A DNA stretch of 64,000 bases from Thermodesulfobacteriota bacterium (GCA_963675595.2 CAXXLZ010000002.1:1312001-1376000); one strand, 5' to 3'. Shown: positions 30,931 to 41,020, numbered from the stretch's first letter. Notes: generated from the sequence alone by a model not told the origin. Made by a program: numbers and translations.

Positions 30931-31029
30931 TCCTCACCCTGCTTTCTTCCTCAGCCTCTCCACCGGTTTTCCCGGGGCCTAGGCCCTCGAATGAGCGTCC
31001 GGAATACAGGCTTGCTCGCGGCGCCATAC

Positions 31030-31048
31030 ATTGAAAACCGGATTCAAT
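31030..31048. promoter_or_regulatory. Fur/PerR-like palindromic operator upstream of superoxide reductase
   Basis: Imperfect palindrome ATTGAAAACCGGATTCAAT between the divergent ferritin-like and SOR genes. Confidence 0.45.
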
Positions 31049-31161
31049 TCCAAACCTGAACCAAGTATTCAAGAAAGACAAAATGGAGACATCAATCCCG
31101 TGTGCGGGATCGCCCTTTCATCGGCGCTTACCGCCGCGAATCAACAGACAAGGAGAATTTC

Positions 31162-31557
31162 ATGCAGAAGATTGGAGAATTGTTCAAGAGCGACGATTTC
31201 AAGAACGAAAAACACGTTCCCGTCATTGAATGCACCGACCAGGCGGCGGCGGACGAGGTCTTTGAAATCAAGGTTTCCGTAGGCAAGGAGATCGCCCATC
31301 CCAACACCACGGCCCATCATATCCGCTGGATTCAGGTCTACTTCCTGCCGGAAGGCGAAAAGGCCGCCTACGAGGTGGGGAATTTTCAGTTCACCGCTCA
31401 CGGAGAGTCCACCAAGGGAGCCGACGAAGGTCCGGTTTACACCCATCACTGCGTAACCCTCGGCGTCAAGCTGAAGAACTCCGGAACCATCATCGCCACG
31501 TCTTACTGTAACATCCACGGCCTTTGGGAAAGCTCCAAGGGAATCAAGGTAGGATGA
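31162..31557 (+). CDS. Superoxide reductase (neelaredoxin, class II SORL)
   Basis: EKHVP, HPNTTAHHIRWI and YCNIHGLW motifs. AGGAG RBS. Confidence 0.93.
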   Translation: MQKIGELFKSDDFKNEKHVPVIECTDQAAADEVFEIKVSVGKEIAHPNTTAHHIRWIQVYFLPEGEKAAYEVGNFQFTAHGESTKGADEGPVYTHHCVTLGVKLKNSGTIIATSYCNIHGLWESSKGIKVG

Positions 31558-31659
31558 CGGGCACAAACCCGCTCGCAGGGGCATGGGCGCCCCGTCGCCT
31601 GCATGTCCCCTCCCCCAACCACGCCTTATACGGAAGCTCATTCCCACGCGTTCACGGGA

Positions 31660-31745
31660 TATTCGGGAAACCTCATTGAGACAGGGTTTCCCGAACCCTT
31701 CCGAAAACTTGCTCAACGGGTTGCACGCTGCGCGTCGCAACCTGC
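31660..31745 (-). repeat. Palindromic repeat family D
   Basis: The reverse complement matches GGTTGCGACGCG..GCAACCCGTT..GCAAGTTTT.GGAAGGGTTCGGGAAACC at 52832-52921. Also at 43050-43135 and 57170-57220. Confidence 0.7.
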
Positions 31746-33416
31746 TTGCTTTGACGGGCCGTTAAGAATGCACGCATCGGTTCCATCCCGATAGAGGAGG
31801 AGCCCGGAGGCGGTGTGACTAAATACGCTCATGTTACATGACAAGCCTCTCCGCCGAAGGCGGTGGGACCTGCTGAAAGGGTTTCCTCGAAGTGCCCCGT
31901 AATCGGAAAAAGAAATACTTGGCTTCTTAAACGTGTTGACAGAAAAAAACTCTTTAACCATAGTGCCCCTCTCACCCCGCCGCGACTCCTCGATCATGGT
32001 TACAGGCCGGTGAAGAACACGATGGCCGTGTTGCATGTCATGGTTTGTTTGCCGACCTGCAACAACCGGAGTACCTCAACGATCGTATCCATTTACAGGG
32101 TCGCCGGGGGACCCATGTTCCCCCGGACCCCCATAAGCGCTAACTTAAGCATTGTTTGCTATGCTTCTTTCCGTCTGAGGAATCAGCCGCTGAAGTGCTC
32201 GTTTCCTTGGCGGTTCTCGCAAATAAAAAGATATGTTATCCCAGCCGGCAATGCATTCGGCCAAGCCGAGTTTAGGGTTCACGGCTTGTTTCAGCAGGTG
32301 TAACATAAACATGGTCTCTCTCCAGAAGCATCGATTTCTACGGTGGTTCTTTTTGGAGTGGGTATCCCCAGGGAAAAAAAGATTCGCCTGCGGCGATCAT
32401 GGCCTCCACTAAGAAAGCCACCAGTAGTTTCCCATGGATCCAGGCCTTGGCTCCTTCGATGTCGGTCTTTCTAAGATGGCCTAAACCGAGAATGGACTTT
32501 AGACGCTTGAAAGCGAGTTCAATTTGCCATCGACCTCGGTACATCTCGAGGACCTGAGAGGGCGAGATTTCACGGCCCAATGTTGTGAAAACAAATATGT
32601 AGGCCGCCGCTTCGAGGGTGTCCGGAGTAACTTGGCGACCTTTTTTCCTCGCCTCTTTTTCTATCGCTTTACGAGCTTTTTCAGTGGCGTCTTTGCTCTT
32701 CTTGATGGCACAGATTCTACCTGGAACCAAGCGTTGTTCAAATGGAACGAATGCATCCCACTCGCCAAGCTTATTTACACGTAACGTCCTTAGATGAGGG
32801 AGTAATTGGAATCGTTCCCCTTGCTTGTCCACCATGGCGACACGGTGTTTCATTCGAACCAGGACGTCGCCGCCGTTGTCTATGACATGGTGAATTCCTC
32901 TTGGTGTGCAATAGGCTCTATCCGCTACAAGAAGTTCACCGCCATGGACTTTGAAATTGGTGAAGGATTCTCCGATCTTGGGGTCTGTTACATAGACTTC
33001 GTCGCAGCGCAGCGAAGGCAATTGTATGGAATAATGGACCCTCCAAGTCGTTCCGGTACTTCCAGGTTCTTGAATGGTGGAGGCATCGATCAACCTGATG
33101 CGTGAATTCTCTCCAAAAACAACGGCGGGCAGCTTTCGAAACCATTTCTCCATGACCCCTAAGGCCATCCACCGAAACCACTCTCCGCATTTATTCAGTC
33201 GTTTTAGGAGAGCTACGTCGGAAATCGACGTAATGTTGCCGAACCTGGCTTTGGCCGCCGTCAGCCGAAGTGAGCAACCTTCCGCCAGATGGATCAGAAG
33301 CGTTCGCAACAGACCTTCGGCGTCCACGAACTTACGGTATCTGACAACGGCACCAAGTTCCCTTGCTTTGGATTGCCAGCCATCGGGAAGAAAACCCTGG
33401 AGAACTTCCCAGTCTT

Positions 33417-35292
33417 GATGCCGTCGTAAGAACCCCCCTTTACGAACAGGGCTGTTTTTTGGAGCATTGGAAGTTCAAGCGGCCATTGCAACACTGCCAA
33501 GGTTACTGTCATCGTGACATAGGCTACAAAGACGACGGAAATTATCGTTGCTGCCTCCCTCTATCGAGTTGGAAAGGGCCTTCTTGGCCTTATCAAGGCG
33601 GCTCTGGACGAACCTCTTGATGTTGATGGCCAGGGCCTTCATGAAAACAGATAAGGTGACCCGTTTTTTGCCTCGGGTCCACGATCGTTTCAATCCCGTG
33701 ACCCGATCCGCTTCGGAGATGGTGGCCTCGATGCCGGACCGGATTTTGTAGCGTTCTTTGAAATCATGGCTTTCCTGCTGTAGTCTGCGCTTGGAGGTCG
33801 CCATGTCCTTGCGCTTGTACTTCAGTCGATAATTTCCGCCCTTGATCCGTTTTACCGGACAGATGGGGAGAAATTCGCATAGGAGACAGTGCTCGCGGGA
33901 AAACACGGCTTCCACCGCTTTGCCGCGGTCAACGATCTTGCATTCAAGTGGCGCGTGCCCCCGGATACAGTAAACGACCTGGGTGCAGTCCTCGTTCGTT
34001 TCAAAGTCACTCAACTGCATCTTATTGAGATCCGGCGCTTTTCCGCAAGTCACCGGAGCGGTAAGCTCGACTCCGTGCTCGTGAGCTTGAAGGATGTTCT
34101 CGCCGCTGCCGTAGCCTGCGTCGGCGAACAACTCTTCGGGTTTGCGGCCCGTTTCCTCCAGGCGTTCGATAACGGGCATCACGTCTTTCTGGTCGCTGTC
34201 ATAGGAAGGGGCCACGTCCACATCGGTGATCACCTGGAAGGGATTTTCCTTCACGCAGGTCTCCGTGAGGGAAGCCTTATATCCTTTGCCCTTGCGCCCA
34301 TAGGTGGCGTCGGGATCCGAAGGATTCTGCAGGGAGTCCGCAGGGATTTCCTTGGGCTTCTCGAGTTCTGTTTTGTCGGGATCTCCCTCGGTGAAACGGC
34401 ATTGCTCCGACAGTAGTCGGGCCATCAGCCGGTATTCTTTCATTCGGCTGATTTCCGGATGACCTCGGAAGCGGTCCACCAGGTCGGCGAGATGGCGGGC
34501 GGACTTGTCCAGACGACGCTTGGCCCGCGATGATTTTGCATCGGCAAAATAGCCTGCGCGCTTCAAGTAGGCCTTGTCGTAAAGTCGGGGCAGTTTCTCA
34601 TACAACTTGGGATGTTTCTTATGGAGCCGTTTCAAGAACGCCTCGATGGTGCGCGTAAAGAGCCCCAGACGGCTCAGATGAGCCATGTTGGAAGTGATCT
34701 GTGTGGAGTCCAACCGCTGTTTGTCCGTGCTAAGGGCCGCCGTCTCGATGATGGCGTCCGTGATTCCGGTAAAGAGGCTCCGCGCTTGCTTGTTGTCGGT
34801 AATCAAGGTCCGGAAATTGTGCAGGGTCTTCTGGCAGACGTGAGATTCAAAGGCGTTGATGTTGAAGGCATATTGCCAACGCAGATCGAAGTCCAGAGCG
34901 CCCAAGACTTCCGCATCGGTCAGGCTGTTCATTTCCTTCAAAACACACGCTCCGACAAGGATGGCCACGGGTCTGTTGGGCCTGCCGTTGTCCTCACAGT
35001 AGAAAGGCCGGAAAGACTCCTCATCGATCATGGGAAGCACCAGGCGCCGGAACGGACCGGCCCACGTCTTCTCCAACGCCTCGATCCTGTCTGCGGGAAG
35101 GCAAATATCGTGGTCGAAAATGGTCTTTTGCGTTCTCTTAGGCCGAAACAAAACAACCCCCCTAAGGACCATATTATTAATCAAGTCAGATACTTATCAT
35201 ACAGGACCCAAAAGAAAGGTCAACCCATAAATGCCATTTTTATTCATATTTTCAACTAGATACCTTTACGGAGAGGTTTTTACGAACTCATC
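33417..35292 (-). mobile_element. IS1182/IS5-like insertion sequence, copy 1 (1876 bp)
   Basis: Imperfect TIRs GATGCCGTCGTAAGAACC and GGTTTTTACGAACTCATC. 6-bp TSD AGTCTT at 33411-33416 and 35293-35298. Confidence 0.9.
33475..35184 (-). CDS. DDE transposase (DUF772 + DDE, IS1182-like)
   Basis: GRP, RLDST, DPDA, ADAGY, CxxC..C and YKIRSGIEATISE motifs. Likely start TTG 35151. Confidence 0.88.
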   Translation of the reverse strand: MINNMVLRGVVLFRPKRTQKTIFDHDICLPADRIEALEKTWAGPFRRLVLPMIDEESFRPFYCEDNGRPNRPVAILVGACVLKEMNSLTDAEVLGALDFDLRWQYAFNINAFESHVCQKTLHNFRTLITDNKQARSLFTGITDAIIETAALSTDKQRLDSTQITSNMAHLSRLGLFTRTIEAFLKRLHKKHPKLYEKLPRLYDKAYLKRAGYFADAKSSRAKRRLDKSARHLADLVDRFRGHPEISRMKEYRLMARLLSEQCRFTEGDPDKTELEKPKEIPADSLQNPSDPDATYGRKGKGYKASLTETCVKENPFQVITDVDVAPSYDSDQKDVMPVIERLEETGRKPEELFADAGYGSGENILQAHEHGVELTAPVTCGKAPDLNKMQLSDFETNEDCTQVVYCIRGHAPLECKIVDRGKAVEAVFSREHCLLCEFLPICPVKRIKGGNYRLKYKRKDMATSKRRLQQESHDFKERYKIRSGIEATISEADRVTGLKRSWTRGKKRVTLSVFMKALAINIKRFVQSRLDKAKKALSNSIEGGSNDNFRRLCSLCHDDSNLGSVAMAA

Positions 35293-35520
35293 AGTCTTCC
35301 ATTTCCTCGGAAAAAACGAGACGCTCCATTGCCACCTCCTTTGGCGGCAACGGTACCATAAACCTCACCAAAACAAAAGGCTTAAGTTAGCGCTTATGCC
35401 CCGGACCCCCTTTTATGTGGGCTTCATCCCGCCGGCGCGCGATGAAGCCATACTATGGAGCTTTTGGGTCGGTTCAGGAGACGTGCGGAACACTGGAAAT
35501 TAATGAGCAACCCTGTTTCC

Positions 35521-35610
35521 CCCTCAGGCTCTTCGCCGAAGGCGGTGAGGCCTGTTTGAAATCTTCTGGGGGGGCTCTGGGGGACTTTTTCAAAAGTCCC
35601 CCCCGTGAAT
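35521..35610 (+). repeat. Palindromic repeat family B (CCTCTCCGCCGAAGGCGGTGAGG hairpin, GGGG(A)ACTTT..AAAGT(T)CCCC hairpin, GTGAA end)
   Basis: Copies at 36734-36826, 38569-38633, 43218-43302, 54893-54955 (rev), 57049-57141, 58487-58572 (rev) and 62704-62760, plus a split copy at 45353-45378/46764-46830. Confidence 0.85.
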
Positions 35611-35794
35611 GGTCACCAACGATCAGCTAGGGCGCTTCATCAGCAAGAGGTTTGGACCTGAGGTTCCTGATGCGCTCCTCCGGTCCCTTCGACCTGCTAA
35701 ATACCGGGGTGACCCGATGGTTTGCCGTTCCCGTCGTGTCTTACGATGGAATCCTCTCAACGGGGAAATTTCGACGGCAACGGAGGAAGAAGTC

Positions 35795-36223
35795 ATGAAG
35801 CATGCAAGACTGGGCGACAACGTCACGGTGCATTATACGCTGCGCTTGGAAAACGGTTCCGTGGTGGACAGCTCGGAAACCGGACCCCCGGTAGAATTCA
35901 TTCTGGGGGAGGGAGGCCTCCCGGCTCGCGTGGAGCAAACCCTGGTGGGCATGACCGTGGGAGATCACACCCGCCTGGACCTGACCTCGGAAGACGGCTA
36001 CGGGCCCCGATTCGATGATTTGACCATGGTGGTGAAGAAAGACCGCTTTCCCGCCGAAGTGGAGCCTCACGTGGGACTCTCCCTGGAACTGGCCCATCCC
36101 AACGGCGTGGTCCTTCCCGTGACCGTAACCGGAATGGATGATTCGTCCATTACCCTGGACGCCAACCACCCTCTCGCCGGCCGAAATCTGAGCGTGGACC
36201 TATGCCTCGTGGGCATCGCCTGA
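35795..36223 (+). CDS. FKBP-type peptidyl-prolyl isomerase (SlyD/SlpA-like, no His tail)
   Basis: VTVHYTLRLENGSVVDSS, GYGP and TLDANHPLAG motifs. GGAGG RBS. Confidence 0.92.
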   Translation: MKHARLGDNVTVHYTLRLENGSVVDSSETGPPVEFILGEGGLPARVEQTLVGMTVGDHTRLDLTSEDGYGPRFDDLTMVVKKDRFPAEVEPHVGLSLELAHPNGVVLPVTVTGMDDSSITLDANHPLAGRNLSVDLCLVGIA

Positions 36224-36451
36224 CGCTCCCCCTTTCCTCGGAAAATTCAGGGGCGGAACATCGCCCCCTGCCCATCGCCCGCAAGCGCGGTCTCCGATCC
36301 GGGGAGCGGATTCATGTGCGGAGGACATGGGCGTACAGGGCATTCGAAGACCCATAAGGGCCTCCGGCGCCTTCGGACTCTCCCCGAAACGCCTACCATG
36401 GATTTTCTTCTTGCAACGATTTCGGTTTTCGGTTATCTAAGACTTTCCTTT

Positions 36452-36527
36452 GGGCGGTTAACTCAGCGGTGAGAGTGCCATCCTCACACGGTGGAAGTCC
36501 GGAGTTCGAATCTCCGACCGCCCACCA
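36452..36527 (+). tRNA. tRNA-Val (anticodon CAC)
   Basis: GGGCGGT/ACCGCCC acceptor stem, anticodon loop CTCACAC, GTTCGAAT T loop and encoded CCA. Length 76 nt. Confidence 0.96.
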
Positions 36528-36544
36528 CCAAATGAATCTCATTG

Positions 36545-36575
36545 GGGCCATTCGATTTCGGATGGCCCTTTTTAT
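36545..36575 (+). terminator. Rho-independent terminator after tRNA-Val
   Basis: GGGCCATTCG-ATTT-CGGATGGCCC hairpin followed by a T run. Confidence 0.8.
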
Positions 36576-36834
36576 TTGGGCGGACCGGGATACAAGGTCG
36601 GCCTACGGCCGTATTTTGAGCGGGCACTGTGGCATGCCCCTACAATAGACGAGGTTCCCCCCCGTGCATGATCGCCAAAATATGGCCCATCATACAGTGG
36701 CGGTTTCGCCGTTCATAAAACGTGCAGCGGTGCGCCTCTCCGCCGAAGGCGGTGAGGCTCGCCCAAACTGCTTTGGGAGCAAGAGGGTGCGGGGGAGGAC
36801 TTTCTCGAAAGTCCTCCCCCGTGAATGCCGAAAC

Positions 36835-36956
36835 AGGGTGCTGAAAAACGATGACATGCAAGGCGCGCAAATCCCGAGAAATGAGGCGTACATAGAAGTA
36901 CGTCGCAGTGACGAGGGATGAAGCGCAACGCCGCAGATCGCGTTTTTCAACAGCCT
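36835..36956. repeat. MITE-like repeat family A, full copy (~122 bp)
   Basis: IS-like TIRs AGGGTGCTGAAAAACG and CGTTTTTCAACAGCCT. Homologous to 62237-62356. Confidence 0.75.
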
Positions 36957-37115
36957 AACCGTACTCGTTTGGACGTGTATGTCGGTAGAAAGGCTTTGAC
37001 CACGGATTATTGAAGGAGTAACTTGTTTATATAGGGGTGTGTTCCTCCTTGTATAGTATGCTCAAAACAAAACCGGAAACAACTCTGGAGATCACGCCGT
37101 TTACACGTAGTTCTG

Positions 37116-38399
37116 GTGATGCGCTTGCACCCAGAGGCGACTGAAGAGCCTTTGAAACAGATTCACGGGTATGGCGTGCGTAATTCCAAATCAATAATAT
37201 GCCTTTTCTTTGCTTTTCTACTTTGCGTCCCCGCTTTTGTCCGGAATTTGGATGCGGCCGACGAAGCGGTGAAAGCCCGGCTCACGGCTAAAGAACAAGC
37301 ATTCTTAGTAAAGCACCCGACCATCCTTTTAGGAATCGACCAGGACTGGGAGCCGTTCGTCATAGTAAGAAAGGACGGCTCCATTAAAGGTTTTGATGCG
37401 GAAATTCTGGCTCTCGTCAATCAATATGCGGGATCGAATTTCAAGCTCGTGCCGGGCAGATTCGCGGACATGGTCAAAAAAGCGCAAAACCGGGAGATCG
37501 ACGGCCTCAGTTCTACGTTCCCACACAAGGAGCGCGAGCCTTTTTTCAACTTCTCGGATACCTATCTCACCATGCAGCGGGTTGTTTTCAGTCTGAAAGG
37601 CAATCCGTATCACATTCACAGCCGTGCCGATTTGTCCGGCAAACGACTGGCGATTCAAGAAGGCAATCTGTTTGACGAGAAGCTGGTCCGGTCTGTTCCA
37701 AATGCCGTTGCCGTGCGCGAAAACAGTCCCAAGGACTTGCTTCTGGCCGTGGCCTACGGCCGGGCGGAAGCCTTGCCCGCTTATCCCACGCTCACCTATG
37801 TGGCGAACAAGTACGGCATCTCCTCCTTACAGGTGGTATGCGCCCTCAAGGACAGAATTGCCTTTGTCTTCTCCATTCGAAAGGACTGGCCCGAAGCGGT
37901 CTCCGTTCTCAACAAAGGTTTGCAGGCCATTCCCGAGGATGAAAAGGCCGCGGTTCACGCCAAGTGGTTCGGGGTTCCTTTCAGCCCGACGCCCGATTAC
38001 ACGCTGCTGCTTAAAATCATTGTTCCCTTGACGCTCCTGCTGGTTATTCTCGCCTTTTTCATCCGGCACCTCCAAAAAGTCAACGACCGGCTGAACGAGG
38101 CCAGGGCGGCGCTTGAATCGGACGTGGCCAAGCGGAAAGAGGTGGAGAAGGAAAGGGAGCAACTGATATCGGAGTTGCGGGAAGCGTTGCGGGAAATAAA
38201 GGAATTACGGGGTATTTTGCCGATCTGCTCTCACTGCAAAAAAATTCGAGACGATGCAGGTTATTGGCGGCAGGTTGAAAATTACATCCAGGACCGGACC
38301 GACGCCCAATTCACCCACAGCATCTGCCCTGATTGCCTCAAGAAGTATTATCCCGATATCGCCGATGATGTGCTCGATGAAATCAAAAAGACCGAATGA
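37116..38399 (+). CDS. Membrane sensor: periplasmic substrate-binding (SBP_bac_3) domain, TM, coiled coil and small Cys-rich cytoplasmic domain
   Basis: DWEPF, GFDAEIL and RKDWPE as in PBP2 BvgS-like domains. One TM. C-terminal LPICSHCKKIRDDAGYW...FTHSICPDC. The start is probably downstream of 37116. Confidence 0.8.
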   Translation: MMRLHPEATEEPLKQIHGYGVRNSKSIICLFFAFLLCVPAFVRNLDAADEAVKARLTAKEQAFLVKHPTILLGIDQDWEPFVIVRKDGSIKGFDAEILALVNQYAGSNFKLVPGRFADMVKKAQNREIDGLSSTFPHKEREPFFNFSDTYLTMQRVVFSLKGNPYHIHSRADLSGKRLAIQEGNLFDEKLVRSVPNAVAVRENSPKDLLLAVAYGRAEALPAYPTLTYVANKYGISSLQVVCALKDRIAFVFSIRKDWPEAVSVLNKGLQAIPEDEKAAVHAKWFGVPFSPTPDYTLLLKIIVPLTLLLVILAFFIRHLQKVNDRLNEARAALESDVAKRKEVEKEREQLISELREALREIKELRGILPICSHCKKIRDDAGYWRQVENYIQDRTDAQFTHSICPDCLKKYYPDIADDVLDEIKKTE

Positions 38400-38633
38400 A
38401 GTTCACTCAGCGCCCCTGACCGGATTCTTTCCAACTCATTGTATTCATTCATACATCGTGTCGCCGCGGTACCCTCGTTGCCCCGGCCCCTCTTGTATAT
38501 GCGGGCATCCTCGCCGACTCAGCAGATGTAAGAAGTGTCGGGAATCAGTCAGGAAATCTGATTTCTTCCTCAGGCTCTCCGTCGAAGGCGGTGAGTGCGA
38601 GGGATGATTTCCCGGAAAGTCCTCCCCCTGAGT

Positions 38634-38720
38634 GCACACGAACATATTACGCCCTTCCCTCCCTCGGCGGATGATGTGATGCAACGGTCCCGGCGAGTCA
38701 ATGCGTGCTTTCCGCGGCAA
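38634..38720 (-). pseudogene. N-terminal fragment of a REP-associated tyrosine transposase (RAYT/Y1_Tnp)
   Basis: MPRKARIDSPGPLHHIIRRGREGRNMF matches the MPRxxR...HHxxxRG..R.IF start of RAYTs. It stops where a family B repeat begins. Confidence 0.7.
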
Positions 38721-39144
38721 GATATCGTCGATGCCGCTGAACCCCTTGTCCTGAGGACGAAATCCGTCTTAAACCCATCAATCGGATCGCTTTGTTGCTC
38801 GGATTTGATATTCACACTTCAAATCGCCCTTCCCCATCTGGGAGATTGTTTCAGTGGTTACATCATAATCGGGCAGTAAGGATTTAAACCAAGTTCCGTG
38901 CGCCACTGCACAAGCGATACAACCCTGATCGGTGCGTTCCAGTTTGGCGCGTTTTGACCCTTCCAAGACAGCACATTTCGTCAATACCATCCGGAGCGTG
39001 TCGCCTTCGATGACCTGCTCCATCTCAAAAGCATCCGGGATGGAGCAGAACAATTGATGCGCGTATGTTTGCCAAACAGCAAGCGCATCGGGCAGATCGT
39101 CGGCTTTCTTTTTCCCTAAAGCCCCCAGAGTGAATCTCATCTCT

Positions 39145-41020
39145 GATGCCGTCGTAAGAACCCCCCTTTACGAACAGGGCTGTTTTTTGGAGCATTGGAA
39201 GTTCAAGCGGCCATTGCAACACTGCCAAGGTTACTGTCATCGTGACATAGGCTACAAAGACGACGGAAATTATCGTTGCTGCCTCCCTCTATCGAGTTGG
39301 AAAGGGCCTTCTTGGCCTTATCAAGGCGGCTCTGGACGAACCTCTTGATGTTGATGGCCAGGGCCTTCATGAAAACAGATAAGGTGACCCGTTTTTTGCC
39401 TCGGGTCCACGATCGTTTCAATCCCGTGACCCGATCCGCTTCGGAGATGGTGGCCTCGATGCCGGACCGGATTTTGTAGCGTTCTTTGAAATCATGGCTT
39501 TCCTGCTGTAGTCTGCGCTTGGAGGTCGCCATGTCCTTGCGCTTGTACTTCAGTCGATAATTTCCGCCCTTGATCCGTTTTACCGGACAGATGGGGAGAA
39601 ATTCGCATAGGAGACAGTGCTCGCGGGAAAACACGGCTTCCACCGCTTTGCCGCGGTCAACGATCTTGCATTCAAGTGGCGCGTGCCCCCGGATACAGTA
39701 AACGACCTGGGTGCAGTCCTCGTTCGTTTCAAAGTCACTCAACTGCATCTTATTGAGATCCGGCGCTTTTCCGCAAGTCACCGGAGCGGTAAGCTCGACT
39801 CCGTGCTCGTGAGCTTGAAGGATGTTCTCGCCGCTGCCGTAGCCTGCGTCGGCGAACAACTCTTCGGGTTTGCGGCCCGTTTCCTCCAGGCGTTCGATAA
39901 CGGGCATCACGTCTTTCTGGTCGCTGTCATAGGAAGGGGCCACGTCCACATCGGTGATCACCTGGAAGGGATTTTCCTTCACGCAGGTCTCCGTGAGGGA
40001 AGCCTTATATCCTTTGCCCTTGCGCCCATAGGTGGCGTCGGGATCCGAAGGATTCTGCAGGGAGTCCGCAGGGATTTCCTTGGGCTTCTCGAGTTCTGTT
40101 TTGTCGGGATCTCCCTCGGTGAAACGGCATTGCTCCGACAGTAGTCGGGCCATCAGCCGGTATTCTTTCATTCGGCTGATTTCCGGATGACCTCGGAAGC
40201 GGTCCACCAGGTCGGCGAGATGGCGGGCGGACTTGTCCAGACGACGCTTGGCCCGCGATGATTTTGCATCGGCAAAATAGCCTGCGCGCTTCAAGTAGGC
40301 CTTGTCGTAAAGTCGGGGCAGTTTCTCATACAACTTGGGATGTTTCTTATGGAGCCGTTTCAAGAACGCCTCGATGGTGCGCGTAAAGAGCCCCAGACGG
40401 CTCAGATGAGCCATGTTGGAAGTGATCTGTGTGGAGTCCAACCGCTGTTTGTCCGTGCTAAGGGCCGCCGTCTCGATGATGGCGTCCGTGATTCCGGTAA
40501 AGAGGCTCCGCGCTTGCTTGTTGTCGGTAATCAAGGTCCGGAAATTGTGCAGGGTCTTCTGGCAGACGTGAGATTCAAAGGCGTTGATGTTGAAGGCATA
40601 TTGCCAACGCAGATCGAAGTCCAGAGCGCCCAAGACTTCCGCATCGGTCAGGCTGTTCATTTCCTTCAAAACACACGCTCCGACAAGGATGGCCACGGGT
40701 CTGTTGGGCCTGCCGTTGTCCTCACAGTAGAAAGGCCGGAAAGACTCCTCATCGATCATGGGAAGCACCAGGCGCCGGAACGGACCGGCCCACGTCTTCT
40801 CCAACGCCTCGATCCTGTCTGCGGGAAGGCAAATATCGTGGTCGAAAATGGTCTTTTGCGTTCTCTTAGGCCGAAACAAAACAACCCCCCTAAGGACCAT
40901 ATTATTAATCAAGTCAGATACTTATCATACAGGACCCAAAAGAAAGGTCAACCCATAAATGCCATTTTTATTCATATTTTCAACTAGATACCTTTACGGA
41001 GAGGTTTTTACGAACTCATC
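39145..41020 (-). mobile_element. IS1182/IS5-like insertion sequence, copy 2
   Basis: Same TIRs and length as copy 1. 6-bp TSD ATCTCT at 39139-39144 and 41021-41026. Confidence 0.9.
39203..40912 (-). CDS. DDE transposase, same translation as 33475..35184
   Basis: The ORF-track translations of the two copies are identical. Confidence 0.88.
   Translation of the reverse strand: MINNMVLRGVVLFRPKRTQKTIFDHDICLPADRIEALEKTWAGPFRRLVLPMIDEESFRPFYCEDNGRPNRPVAILVGACVLKEMNSLTDAEVLGALDFDLRWQYAFNINAFESHVCQKTLHNFRTLITDNKQARSLFTGITDAIIETAALSTDKQRLDSTQITSNMAHLSRLGLFTRTIEAFLKRLHKKHPKLYEKLPRLYDKAYLKRAGYFADAKSSRAKRRLDKSARHLADLVDRFRGHPEISRMKEYRLMARLLSEQCRFTEGDPDKTELEKPKEIPADSLQNPSDPDATYGRKGKGYKASLTETCVKENPFQVITDVDVAPSYDSDQKDVMPVIERLEETGRKPEELFADAGYGSGENILQAHEHGVELTAPVTCGKAPDLNKMQLSDFETNEDCTQVVYCIRGHAPLECKIVDRGKAVEAVFSREHCLLCEFLPICPVKRIKGGNYRLKYKRKDMATSKRRLQQESHDFKERYKIRSGIEATISEADRVTGLKRSWTRGKKRVTLSVFMKALAINIKRFVQSRLDKAKKALSNSIEGGSNDNFRRLCSLCHDDSNLGSVAMAA

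Larger units (their letters stand above)
32338..35329 (-). pseudogene. IS4 family transposase interrupted after about codon 12 by an IS1182-like element
   Basis: AGGAGG plus ATG 35329 (MERLVFSEEMED) rejoins in frame to WEVLQGFLPDGW... at 33410, giving 369 aa. DDE motifs IDAS, ADRAY and YRGRWQIELAFKRLK. Confidence 0.9.
32132..35398 (-). mobile_element. IS4 family insertion sequence (~1385 bp once the nested element is removed)
   Basis: TIRs CATAAGCGCTAACTTAAGC (32132) and GCTTAAGTTAGCGCTTATG (ends 35398). 11-bp TSD CCCCGGACCCC at 32121-32131 and 35399-35409. Confidence 0.92.

Noticed and set aside
31936-32100. TTGACA-N17-CATAGT promoter followed by a short SecG-like peptide (MAVLHVMVCL)
   Set aside because: The similarity is too short to support a gene call, and the frame runs into the repeat and IS4.
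33417-41020. Composite transposon formed by the two IS1182-like copies around tRNA-Val
   Set aside because: Each copy has its own TSD and interrupts its own gene, so these are independent insertions.
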